Assembly (NCBI RefSeq): GCF_988242995.1
Contig: NZ_OZ547043.1
Reading direction: 5' to 3' (one strand)
Length of the DNA: 64,000 bases
In this document: positions 37,211 to 48,231 of the stretch, piece by piece
Numbering within the stretch: position 1 is the first letter of the stretch
Layout of the letters: each line of letters starts with the position of its first letter
Notes under the pieces: model-generated
Seen by the model: the letters and a program-made list of their open reading frames with translations, nothing else
Databases searched by the model: none
What the model was told of the DNA's origin: nothing
Program-made: the position numbers and the translations under genes

Positions 37211-37860
37211 TACTGCGATTGCGTTCCTAAAGTTTGAATTCCTGGCACCTGTACAGCGGCTTGCTGAGTTTGCGCCTGCTCAAACTGAAGCTGTTCAGAG
37301 TGGAGTCGGCGTTGCAGTTCGTAATCCTGCAACATTGCATTAATGCGACGACGCTGCTCCTGTACCTGCTGCTGTTGACCATTATTTGCGGTCGCTTCAG
37401 AAGGTACTCCCAGGCTAACCGGGCTGGCTTTACCCATCATCGGCAGTGTATTAAATACCGGCGTTTCGGGCTGCTGGGACGTTTCAGATTGTCCATTATA
37501 GTGCTGGACCCCAACGATAACTGCAAGCGATACGCATGCTGCTACGCCCATTTGGGTAAGCTGTGCCGCCCACGGACGTACTTTCTGCCAGAATGGCATT
37601 TTCTGCCATTGATGCGGCGCAGGCTGGGCTTCCGGGATCAATGTCGCCGGTTGACGTACTGGCTCTTCTTCAATGACGGCCATCACGCGTGAAGAGATAT
37701 CGAAATGGAGCACCTCGGGAGTATCACCCCGCATTGAGTCACGGATTAAGTGATAGCTTTCCCAGGTTTTCTGCATTTCTGGGTTATGAGCCAGTTCGTT
37801 AAGCAGCTCACTATCCAGCGTTTCGCCATCCATTAAAGCGGAAAGTTGTTCTTTCTGCAT
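37210..37860 (-). CDS. rseA: anti-sigma-E factor RseA
   Basis: Start at MQKEQLSALMDGE (216 aa); single central transmembrane segment; Gln-rich periplasmic tail. Confidence 0.9.
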   Translation of the reverse strand: MQKEQLSALMDGETLDSELLNELAHNPEMQKTWESYHLIRDSMRGDTPEVLHFDISSRVMAVIEEEPVRQPATLIPEAQPAPHQWQKMPFWQKVRPWAAQLTQMGVAACVSLAVIVGVQHYNGQSETSQQPETPVFNTLPMMGKASPVSLGVPSEATANNGQQQQVQEQRRRINAMLQDYELQRRLHSEQLQFEQAQTQQAAVQVPGIQTLGTQSQ

Positions 37861-37892
37861 GCCTAATACCCTTATCCAGTATCCCGCTATCG

Positions 37893-38468
37893 TCAACGCC
37901 TGATAAGCGGTTGAACTTTGTTATCAATAGCTTCCCTCGCTCGGAAGATACGTGAACGCACCGTACCTACCGGACAATCCATGATAGCGGCTATCTCTTC
38001 ATAGCTCAGGCCATCCAGCTCCCGCAAGGTTATTGCCATGCGTAAATCTTCCGGGAGGGACTCAATAGTTCGGAAAACTATCTGTCTCAGTTCTTCTGAC
38101 AACATTAAGTTCTCAGGGTTCGAAATTTCTTTCAACGCGCCGCCACTTTCGAAGTTTTCAGCTTCAATGGCATCCACATCACTGGAAGGTGGACGACGCC
38201 CCTGAGCAACCAGGTAATTTTTCGCTGTATTTACAGCAATCCGATACAGCCATGTATAAAAAGCGCTATCTCCCCGGAACGAATCCAGCGCACGATAGGC
38301 TTTAATAAAAGCTTCTTGTACCACATCGGGAACATCACCCGACGGCACATAGCGGGAAACCAGACTCGCCACTTTATGCTGATAGCGCACTACCAGTAAG
38401 TTAAAGGCTTTCTGATCTCCCTTCTGGACCCGTTCAACCAGGACCTGGTCCGTTAACTGCTCGCTCAT
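37893..38468 (-). CDS. rpoE: RNA polymerase sigma-E (ECF sigma factor)
   Basis: Start at MSEQLTDQVLVERVQKGD (191 aa); track ORF extends to an in-frame GTG at 38501. Confidence 0.93.
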   Translation of the reverse strand: MSEQLTDQVLVERVQKGDQKAFNLLVVRYQHKVASLVSRYVPSGDVPDVVQEAFIKAYRALDSFRGDSAFYTWLYRIAVNTAKNYLVAQGRRPPSSDVDAIEAENFESGGALKEISNPENLMLSEELRQIVFRTIESLPEDLRMAITLRELDGLSYEEIAAIMDCPVGTVRSRIFRAREAIDNKVQPLIRR

Positions 38469-38620
38469 CCGAGGTAAAGTCTCCCCAAACCAAATTTCCA
38501 CGCGCTATCGAAACGCCACTCCATTAGCTGCAATTTGAGCAAGCAAAGGGTTAGAGTGTCTCGTTTTTGTAAAGTTCCGTAACGCATCTGTTTTTGTTTG
38601 TCATGCTGTAGACGGATCAT
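38465..38620 (-). CDS. rseD: 51-codon leader ORF whose stop overlaps the rpoE start codon (ATGA)
   Basis: Minus-strand ORF MIRLQHDKQKQMRYGTLQKRDTLTLCLLKLQLMEWRFDSAWKFGLGRLYLG in the +1 frame relative to rpoE; I recall a published rpoE leader ORF of this length but have not verified the sequence. Confidence 0.55.
   Translation of the reverse strand: MIRLQHDKQKQMRYGTLQKRDTLTLCLLKLQLMEWRFDSAWKFGLGRLYLG
38551..38578 (-). promoter_or_regulatory. sigma-E-dependent promoter of rpoE (autoregulated P2)
   Basis: Minus-strand GGAACTT-N16-TCTAA matches the sigma-E consensus; lies inside the rseD ORF. Confidence 0.75.
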
Positions 38621-38866
38621 TATCTATCATTATAAGTCTACAGAATCTGAACATCGCATTATCTGTGTAGAAATGCCCATTTAACTGCCTGAAGAGTAAC
38701 CCAACGGCCTTTTTATTTCACCACCTAATCCTCCACCAGCCAGTAACTTCTCTTTTTCTCGCCGCCCTGCGTCAACGTGTTTAGCAACTGTAACAAATAT
38801 TAAAATAGCAGGTGTTTATCCGCACAACATGATGCTATGCTGACCAAACCATGTTTAGTAAATTAA

Positions 38867-41220
<2,354 letters not shown>

Positions 41221-41351
41221 GAAAATAAAACCTTGCAGGAAAAACGGCGATAGCACCGGGTGAGAACAATACCCGAGAAGCGATATCCATACAAACAGAT
41301 GAAGATTGCAGCCGTAACGTCTATAATCAGCGCCCCACACAGAGGTAGAAC

Positions 41352-42686
41352 ATGACTGTAACGACTTTTTCCGAACTTGAACTCGACGAAAGCCTGCTGG
41401 AAGCCCTCCAGGATAAAGGTTTCACTCGCCCGACCGCCATTCAGGCTGCCGCCATTCCGCCTGCGCTCGATGGCCGTGATGTACTCGGTTCTGCGCCGAC
41501 AGGCACCGGTAAAACGGCGGCGTATCTGCTGCCAGCGTTGCAGCACCTGCTCGATTTCCCACGTAAGAAATCCGGTCCGCCGCGTATTTTGATCCTCACC
41601 CCAACTCGCGAGCTGGCGATGCAGGTGGCCGATCATGCCCGCGAACTGGCGAAACATACGCATCTGGATATCGCCACCATCACCGGCGGCGTAGCCTATA
41701 TGAACCACGCGGAAGTGTTCAGCGAAAATCAGGACATCGTGGTCGCCACGACCGGACGTTTGCTGCAATACATAAAAGAAGAGAACTTCGATTGCCGCGC
41801 GGTTGAAACGCTGATCCTCGACGAAGCAGACCGTATGCTGGATATGGGCTTCGCTCAGGATATCGAACATATTGCTGGCGAAACGCGCTGGCGTAAACAG
41901 ACCCTGCTCTTTTCCGCAACGCTGGAAGGCGATGCGATTCAGGACTTTGCCGAGCGTCTGCTGGAAGATCCGGTGGAAGTTTCTGCGAATCCCTCCACCC
42001 GTGAGCGCAAAAAAATTCATCAGTGGTATTACCGCGCCGATGACCTGGAACATAAAACCGCGTTGCTGGTGCACCTGTTAAAACAGCCGGAAGCGACTCG
42101 CTCAATCGTATTTGTGCGTAAGCGTGAGCGTGTACATGAGCTGGCAAACTGGCTGCGCGAAGCGGGCATCAACAACTGCTATCTCGAAGGTGAGATGGTA
42201 CAGGGCAAGCGTAACGAAGCGATCAAGCGTTTGACCGAAGGTCGCGTAAACGTACTGGTTGCCACCGATGTTGCCGCGCGCGGTATCGACATTCCTGACG
42301 TCAGCCACGTCTTTAACTTCGATATGCCGCGCAGTGGCGATACTTATTTGCACCGTATCGGACGTACCGCGCGCGCCGGTCGTAAAGGCACCGCAATTTC
42401 GCTGGTAGAAGCCCATGACCATCTGCTGCTGGGCAAAGTTGGTCGCTATATTGAAGAGCCAATTAAAGCTCGTGTAATTGATGAGTTACGCCCGAAAACG
42501 CGTGCGCCAAGCGAGAAGCAAACCGGCAAGCCATCGAAGAAAGTACTGGCAAAACGCGCCGAGAAGAAAAAAGCTAAAGAGAAAGAGAAGCCGCGGGTGA
42601 AAAAACGCCATCGCGACACCAAAAATATTGGTAAGCGCCGTAAACCGAGCGGAACGGGCGTGCCACCGCAAACGACAGAAGAGTAA
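41352..42686 (+). CDS. srmB: DEAD-box ATP-dependent RNA helicase
   Basis: Walker [13 protein letters not shown] box, SAT and HRIGRTAR motifs; Lys/Arg-rich C-terminal tail. Confidence 0.93.
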   Translation: MTVTTFSELELDESLLEALQDKGFTRPTAIQAAAIPPALDGRDVLGSAPTGTGKTAAYLLPALQHLLDFPRKKSGPPRILILTPTRELAMQVADHARELAKHTHLDIATITGGVAYMNHAEVFSENQDIVVATTGRLLQYIKEENFDCRAVETLILDEADRMLDMGFAQDIEHIAGETRWRKQTLLFSATLEGDAIQDFAERLLEDPVEVSANPSTRERKKIHQWYYRADDLEHKTALLVHLLKQPEATRSIVFVRKRERVHELANWLREAGINNCYLEGEMVQGKRNEAIKRLTEGRVNVLVATDVAARGIDIPDVSHVFNFDMPRSGDTYLHRIGRTARAGRKGTAISLVEAHDHLLLGKVGRYIEEPIKARVIDELRPKTRAPSEKQTGKPSKKVLAKRAEKKKAKEKEKPRVKKRHRDTKNIGKRRKPSGTGVPPQTTEE

Positions 42687-42690
42687 TCTC

Positions 42691-42722
42691 AATGCCGGGT
42701 TTAAGCCCGGCATTATTTTTAT
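42691..42722 (+). terminator. intrinsic terminator after srmB
   Basis: aatgccggg-tttaag-cccggcatt hairpin followed by atttttat; overlaps the stop of convergent yfiE. Confidence 0.7.
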
Positions 42723-43600
42723 CCCGGCAAAAAACACTCTTCAACACACTGAATAAAAGTGTGCATCGCCGGGCTAACCGCTTTTCCAGCATGGTGTGCG
42801 CACATGGCCGTAATGGTCTGCGACTGTTCGCCAAAAGGCAATTCGATTAATTCGCCACTCGCAAGTTCATTTGCCACTGTAAAGCGCGGCAGGTAACTGA
42901 CCCCGATATTTGCCGCGACACAACGCTTGATGCTTTCGATACTTATAAGCTCAATGGTGTTTTCCACCGTGATCCGCCGCTGGCGCAGCGTACTTTCAAA
43001 TAGCTGGCGAAAGACACATTGCGGTTCATTGATAATAAAACTACAGGCGTTATGTATTCCCGGCTCAGTAAAATCGACATCTTTAATTTGCGGTGAAGCC
43101 ACCAGCACCAATGATTGTTCACCCAACTCTCGTCGGTTCAGAGCATCATCATTCCCTACGCGATAAAAGACGCCGACATCAGCCTCATCATTCAGTAGCG
43201 CATCACGGATCACGTAACAGTTCAGAGACTGCAACGATAAACGCACTTTTGGTGCGCGTTGCCGAAAACGCTGCAACACCTGCGGCATTCGGTAAGAAAG
43301 CAACGTTTCGCCTGAAACAACGCGTAGTTCCCCGTCCGGATCCGACTCTTTTTTGGCAGCCTCACGAAGGGTATCCATCACTCTGGTGAGTTCATAAATG
43401 TGCGGCAGCAGCTTTTTTCCTTCGCGGGTAAGGCACATTCGTCGACCAATTTTCTCAAATAACTGGACTGAGAACTCCTGCTCAAGCTGCTGAATATGAA
43501 AAGTCACCGTCGATTGTGTGCAGCACAATTTTTGCGAAGCTCGCAAAAAGGAACCCTCTTCCACCACGGTTTTAAGCGTAATAAAACGGCGCAGATCCAT
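42719..43600 (-). CDS. yfiE: LysR-family transcriptional regulator
   Basis: N-terminal HTH (MDLRRFITLKTVVEEGSFLRASQKL...); start at internal ATG (293 aa); divergent from eamB. Confidence 0.85.
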   Translation of the reverse strand: MDLRRFITLKTVVEEGSFLRASQKLCCTQSTVTFHIQQLEQEFSVQLFEKIGRRMCLTREGKKLLPHIYELTRVMDTLREAAKKESDPDGELRVVSGETLLSYRMPQVLQRFRQRAPKVRLSLQSLNCYVIRDALLNDEADVGVFYRVGNDDALNRRELGEQSLVLVASPQIKDVDFTEPGIHNACSFIINEPQCVFRQLFESTLRQRRITVENTIELISIESIKRCVAANIGVSYLPRFTVANELASGELIELPFGEQSQTITAMCAHHAGKAVSPAMHTFIQCVEECFLPG

Positions 43601-43702
43601 AACCCCAAACCTATCGAAAATATCGAATTTAGAATGTAAAAACATTCATTTTTTTAAATGTTCTGTGTCGGGTACTGTCTACCAAAACAGAGGAGATAAC
43701 AA

Positions 43703-44290
43703 GTGACACCGACCCTTTTAAGTGCTTTTTGGACTTACACCCTGATTACCGCCATGACGCCAGGACCGAACAATATTCTCGCCCTTAGCTCAGCTACAAC
43801 GCACGGATTTCGTCAAAGTACTCGCGTGCTGGCAGGGATGAGTCTGGGATTTTTAATCGTCATGTTGCTATGCGCGGGAATTTCGTTTTCACTGGCTGTT
43901 ATCGACCCGGCAGCAGTGCATCTGTTGAGTTGGGCGGGGGCGGCATATATTGTCTGGCTGGCGTGGAAAATCGCTACCAGTCCAACAAAGGAAGATGGGC
44001 TTCAGACAAAACCAATCAGTTTTTGGGCCAGCTTTGCTTTGCAGTTTGTGAACGTCAAAATCATTTTGTATGGCATTACAGCACTGTCGACGTTTGTCCT
44101 GCCGCAAACGCAGGCGCTAAGCTGGATAATTGGCGTCAGCGTTTTGCTGGCGATGATTGGGACGTTTGGCAATGTGTGCTGGGCGCTGGCGGGGCACCTG
44201 TTTCAGCGATTGTTTCGCCAGTATGGTCGCCAGTTAAATATCGTGCTCGCGCTGCTGCTGGTCTATTGCGCGGTACGCATTTTCTATTAA
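43703..44290 (+). CDS. eamB: LysE/RhtB-family exporter (cysteine/O-acetylserine efflux)
   Basis: 195-aa polytopic membrane ORF. Confidence 0.88.
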   Translation: MTPTLLSAFWTYTLITAMTPGPNNILALSSATTHGFRQSTRVLAGMSLGFLIVMLLCAGISFSLAVIDPAAVHLLSWAGAAYIVWLAWKIATSPTKEDGLQTKPISFWASFALQFVNVKIILYGITALSTFVLPQTQALSWIIGVSVLLAMIGTFGNVCWALAGHLFQRLFRQYGRQLNIVLALLLVYCAVRIFY

Positions 44291-44324
44291 TGAAAAAAGC
44301 GGAAGAGGTCGCCCTCTTCCGCTT
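44291..44324 (-). terminator. intrinsic terminator of grcA (hairpin shared with eamB 3' end)
   Basis: aagcggaagagg-tcgc-cctcttccgctt stem; on the minus strand it is followed by UUUUUU. Confidence 0.7.
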
Positions 44325-44344
44325 AGTAACTTGCTACTTAAGCC

Positions 44345-44728
44345 TTACAGGCTTTCAGTAAAGGTACGAGCGATAACGTCGCGCTGCTGTTCCGGAGTCA
44401 GAGAGTTAAAGCGAACTGCATAACCGGATACACGGATGGTCAGCTGCGGATATTTTTCCGGATGCTTAACTGCATCTTCCAGAGTTTCACGACGCAGAAC
44501 GTTTACGTTCAGGTGTTGACCACCTTCAACGCGAACTTCTGGTTTCACTTCTACTGGAACTTCACGGTACTCAATGTCACCCAGTTTGCTTACTGCAACC
44601 ACTTCGTCTTCTGCAAAACCTGCTTTCGCAACGATGCAACGCGCTTCGCCTTTTTCGCTGTCCAGCAGCCAGAAAGAGTTCAGCAGATCGTCGTTAGCGG
44701 CTTTAGTAATCTGGATACCTGTAATCAT
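44345..44728 (-). CDS. grcA: autonomous glycyl radical cofactor protein
   Basis: C-terminal glycyl-radical motif RVSGYAVRF; start at [10 protein letters not shown] (127 aa). Confidence 0.92.
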
Positions 44729-44835
44729 GTGATGCCTCCCCGGCAAAATTATTTGATTTGTTCAGCCTGTCGCGGCCAATTGGTAAAACCATTGTTGCTT
44801 GAGTGTATATATACTCCTCAAACACCCTTGAATCT

Positions 44836-44902
44836 TTGATTTAAATCAATAAAAACCATACATCAAGTATGGTCGCAAATGGATTTTATTGTTTTACATC
44901 AA
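44836..44902 (-). promoter_or_regulatory. two FNR-type boxes upstream of grcA
   Basis: TTGATTTAAATCAA at 44836-44849 (perfect TTGAT-N4-ATCAA) and TTGTTTTACATCAA at 44889-44902, centres 53 bp apart. Confidence 0.7.
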
Positions 44903-45032
44903 CTTATACAGGTGTGAAATTTTACCAATTTACATTTTTTTGCACTCGTTTAAGTCTAAATAATGAGCATGATTTTGTTCTGTAGAAAGAAGCAGTTAAG
45001 CTAGGCGGATTGAAGATTCGCGGGAGAGCGAG

Positions 45033-45722
45033 ATGGCAAACGAATTAACCTGGCATGACGTGCTGGCTGAAGAGAAGCAACAACCCTATTTTCTTAATAC
45101 CCTACAGACCGTCGCCAGCGAGCGGCAGTCCGGCGTCACTATCTATCCGCCACAAAAGGATGTCTTTAACGCGTTCCGCTTTACAGAGTTGGGTGACGTT
45201 AAAGTGGTGATTCTCGGCCAGGATCCTTATCACGGACCGGGACAGGCGCATGGTCTGGCATTTTCCGTTCGCCCCGGCATTGCGACACCGCCGTCACTGC
45301 TGAATATGTATAAAGAGCTGGAAAATACTATTCCCGGTTTCACCCGCCCTAATCATGGTTATCTTGAAAGCTGGGCGCGTCAGGGCGTTCTGCTACTCAA
45401 TACTGTGTTGACGGTTCGCGCAGGTCAGGCGCATTCCCACGCCAGTCTCGGCTGGGAGACCTTCACCGATAAAGTCATCAGCCTGATTAACCAGCACCGC
45501 GAAGGCGTGGTGTTTTTGTTGTGGGGCTCACATGCGCAAAAGAAAGGGGCGATTATTGATAAGCAACGCCATCACGTACTGAAAGCGCCGCATCCATCAC
45601 CGCTTTCTGCGCATCGTGGGTTCTTTGGCTGCAACCATTTTGTGCTGGCAAATCAGTGGCTGGAACAACGTGGCGAGAAACCGATTGACTGGATGCCAGT
45701 ATTACCGGCAGAGAGTGAGTAA
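45033..45722 (+). CDS. ung: uracil-DNA glycosylase
   Basis: 229-aa ORF with motifs GQDPYH and HPSPLS. Confidence 0.95.
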   Translation: MANELTWHDVLAEEKQQPYFLNTLQTVASERQSGVTIYPPQKDVFNAFRFTELGDVKVVILGQDPYHGPGQAHGLAFSVRPGIATPPSLLNMYKELENTIPGFTRPNHGYLESWARQGVLLLNTVLTVRAGQAHSHASLGWETFTDKVISLINQHREGVVFLLWGSHAQKKGAIIDKQRHHVLKAPHPSPLSAHRGFFGCNHFVLANQWLEQRGEKPIDWMPVLPAESE

Positions 45723-45769
45723 ATTTGCAGGAAAACGCCGGATGGCAGCGTTGCCACCCGGCTGATTTA

Positions 45770-46807
45770 TCAGGCTTTATTCTGACGCCACCATTCACCA
45801 AGCAAAACGCCAGTTGCGACAGAGATATTTAGCCCGGCAACGTTGCCAGTACCGTCAATCTTCACGCGCAGATCGTTTGGATCGCGTGCGGCATCCGGTA
45901 ACCCTTCATATTCCTGACCCAGCACCAGTACCATTTTCGCTGGCAGACTGGTTTTGAACAGCGGTTTACCCTGCTCGCTGGAAGTGGTCACTACGGTGTA
46001 ACCCGCCTGACGGAAATCATCCAGCACGTTAACAATGTTGTCGCCAGTAATCGGCTGAACGTGCTCTGCGCCGCCTTCTGCGGTACGGATAGCCGCACCC
46101 GACTCCAGCAGTGCCGCATCCTGCACCACAACGCCTTTCACGCCGAAGTGCGCACAGCTGCGCATCATGCCACCCAGGTTATGCGGGTTAGATTCGTTTT
46201 CCAGTGCCAGTACACAATCCTGCACGCCTGCCTGGCTTACCCACTGCTGCACGGTTGTACCGTTACGCTTTTTGATCAGGAAGCAAACGCCGCCGTGATG
46301 TTCCGTGCCTGACGCTTTTGTCAGTTCCGCTTCATCCACAACATGGTACGCTTTGCGGTTTGCTGCCATCCAGCGCAAGGCTTCTTTAAAACGCGGCGTT
46401 ACACTCTGGATAAACCAGGCGCGAACAATCGCTTCAGGACGGCTCTGGAACAGTGCCTGACAGGCATTTTCGCCGTAGACGCGGGTTTCTTCCGCACGCT
46501 GACGACGCAAAACTTCCGGATCAATAAAACTTTTACCACTGATGCCACCGTGATCGGCCTTTTCCGGCGTCTCATCACCCGGCGCGCGGGAAACTGTGCG
46601 CCACGGCGACTCTTCCCACTTGCGGTCACGGGGCTGACTCTGTTTGTCATCGCGGGCGGGGCGACGGCCACCGTCAGCACGAGATTTTCCTGGACGCCCG
46701 CCCCCTTTCCCGGTACGCGGGTTGTGGGTACGTTTATCAGAATCATCATCACTGCGGACATACATCACTTTGACCTTGCCGCTTTTACCTTTCATTTCAT
46801 CGTTCAT
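45770..46807 (-). CDS. yfiF: SpoU/TrmH-family RNA 2'-O-methyltransferase with basic low-complexity N-terminal region
   Basis: C-terminal SpoU methylase domain; N-terminal Arg/Lys/Gly/Asp-rich segment; start at MNDEMKGK (345 aa). Confidence 0.85.
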   Translation of the reverse strand: MNDEMKGKSGKVKVMYVRSDDDSDKRTHNPRTGKGGGRPGKSRADGGRRPARDDKQSQPRDRKWEESPWRTVSRAPGDETPEKADHGGISGKSFIDPEVLRRQRAEETRVYGENACQALFQSRPEAIVRAWFIQSVTPRFKEALRWMAANRKAYHVVDEAELTKASGTEHHGGVCFLIKKRNGTTVQQWVSQAGVQDCVLALENESNPHNLGGMMRSCAHFGVKGVVVQDAALLESGAAIRTAEGGAEHVQPITGDNIVNVLDDFRQAGYTVVTTSSEQGKPLFKTSLPAKMVLVLGQEYEGLPDAARDPNDLRVKIDGTGNVAGLNISVATGVLLGEWWRQNKA

Positions 46808-47013
46808 GCTTTTCTCCACCAGCGCTGCGCGAAGCGCGCAGATTACCCGAAGTGCGCGCGGTTCGCCATGATTTCGTACCAAAGCCTGCGACTATCATAC
46901 CTATTGAATAAAACAGATTGTTGTCTGGAACAATGTCCCCGATAATATGTAACATATTAGAAACATACCGGCGTCATTGCCGATAAGTCTCCTTACTCAT
47001 CCCGAGGTTAGTT

Positions 47014-47433
47014 ATGAATACCGTTTGTACCCATTGTCAGGCCATCAATCGCATTCCCGACGATCGGATCGAAGATGCGGCAAAATGCGGACGCTGCGGT
47101 CACGACTTGTTTGACGGAGAGGTGATTAATGCGACCGGTGAAACGCTCGACAAATTGCTGAAAGATGATCTACCTGTGGTGATCGACTTCTGGGCACCGT
47201 GGTGCGGCCCCTGCCGTAATTTCGCACCAATTTTTGAAGATGTCGCGCAAGAGCGTAGCGGTAAAGTGCGCTTTGTGAAAGTGAATACCGAAGCTGAACG
47301 TGAATTGAGCAGCCGCTTTGGTATTCGCAGTATTCCGACGATCATGATTTTCAAAAATGGTCAGGTTGTCGACATGCTTAATGGCGCAGTGCCGAAAGCG
47401 CCGTTCGATAGCTGGCTGAATGAATCTCTTTAA
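47014..47433 (+). CDS. trxC: thioredoxin 2 (N-terminal zinc-finger plus thioredoxin fold)
   Basis: CTHC and CGRC pairs near the N-terminus, then WCGPC active site; 139 aa. Confidence 0.93.
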
Positions 47434-47501
47434 TCTTACCGGGGCGCATCTTGTGCCCCGTTTTCTCCTCTGCGACAATGGCGTTTTTTCGACGCTCCCT
47501 T

Positions 47502-48200
47502 ATGACCGAAAACGCTGTTCTCCAGTTACGCGCCGAGCGTATTGCGCGTGCAACACGTCCTTTTCTTGCCCGCGGTAATCGCGTTCGTCGCTGCCAACGC
47601 TGTCTTTTGCCAGAGAAATTATGTCTCTGTTCGACAATTACCCCAGCACAAGCAAAAAGTCGCTTCTGTTTGCTGATGTTCGACACCGAGCCAATGAAGC
47701 CCAGTAATACCGGGCGTCTGATTGCTGATATTTTGCCTGATACCGTTGCGTTTCAATGGTCGCGTACCGAACCCTCGCAAGATTTGCTGGATCTGGTGCA
47801 AAACCCGGACTATCAGCCAATGGTGGTCTTTCCCGCTTCGTATGCTGATGAGCAACGGGAAGTGATCTTCACACCACCTGCCGGTAAGCCTCCGCTATTT
47901 ATCATGCTCGATGGTACCTGGCCAGAAGCTCGCAAGATGTTTCGTAAAAGTCCGTATCTGGATAATCTTCCCGTCATTTCCGTCGATCTTTCTCGGCTTT
48001 CTGCCTATCGCCTGCGTGAAGCCCAGGCTGAAGGCCAATATTGTACTGCCGAGGTAGCCATCGCACTGTTAGATATGGCCGGCGATACCAGGGCGGCGAC
48101 AGGGTTAGGCGAGCATTTTACCCGCTTTAAAACACGCTATCTGGCAGGAAAAACGCAACATCTGGGTAGCATCACAGCAGAACAGTTAGAAAGCGTTTAA
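47502..48200 (+). CDS. tapT: DTW-domain protein (tRNA aminocarboxypropyltransferase)
   Basis: DTW motif (LDGTWPEARK) and conserved Cys cluster; start at MTENAVLQL (232 aa). Confidence 0.82.
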   Translation: MTENAVLQLRAERIARATRPFLARGNRVRRCQRCLLPEKLCLCSTITPAQAKSRFCLLMFDTEPMKPSNTGRLIADILPDTVAFQWSRTEPSQDLLDLVQNPDYQPMVVFPASYADEQREVIFTPPAGKPPLFIMLDGTWPEARKMFRKSPYLDNLPVISVDLSRLSAYRLREAQAEGQYCTAEVAIALLDMAGDTRAATGLGEHFTRFKTRYLAGKTQHLGSITAEQLESV

Positions 48201-48231
48201 AATCATTCGGTCACTTCTGCGGGAGACCGGT

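Noticed and set aside
38501-38620. In-frame GTG extension of rpoE (MEIWFGETLPR...) and a separate 17-codon ORF (MTNKNRCVTELYKNETL) upstream
   Set aside because: The extension starts at a GTG with no ribosome-binding site; the 17-codon ORF is in a different frame and ends before the promoter. The 51-codon +1-frame ORF with the ATGA overlap explains the region better.
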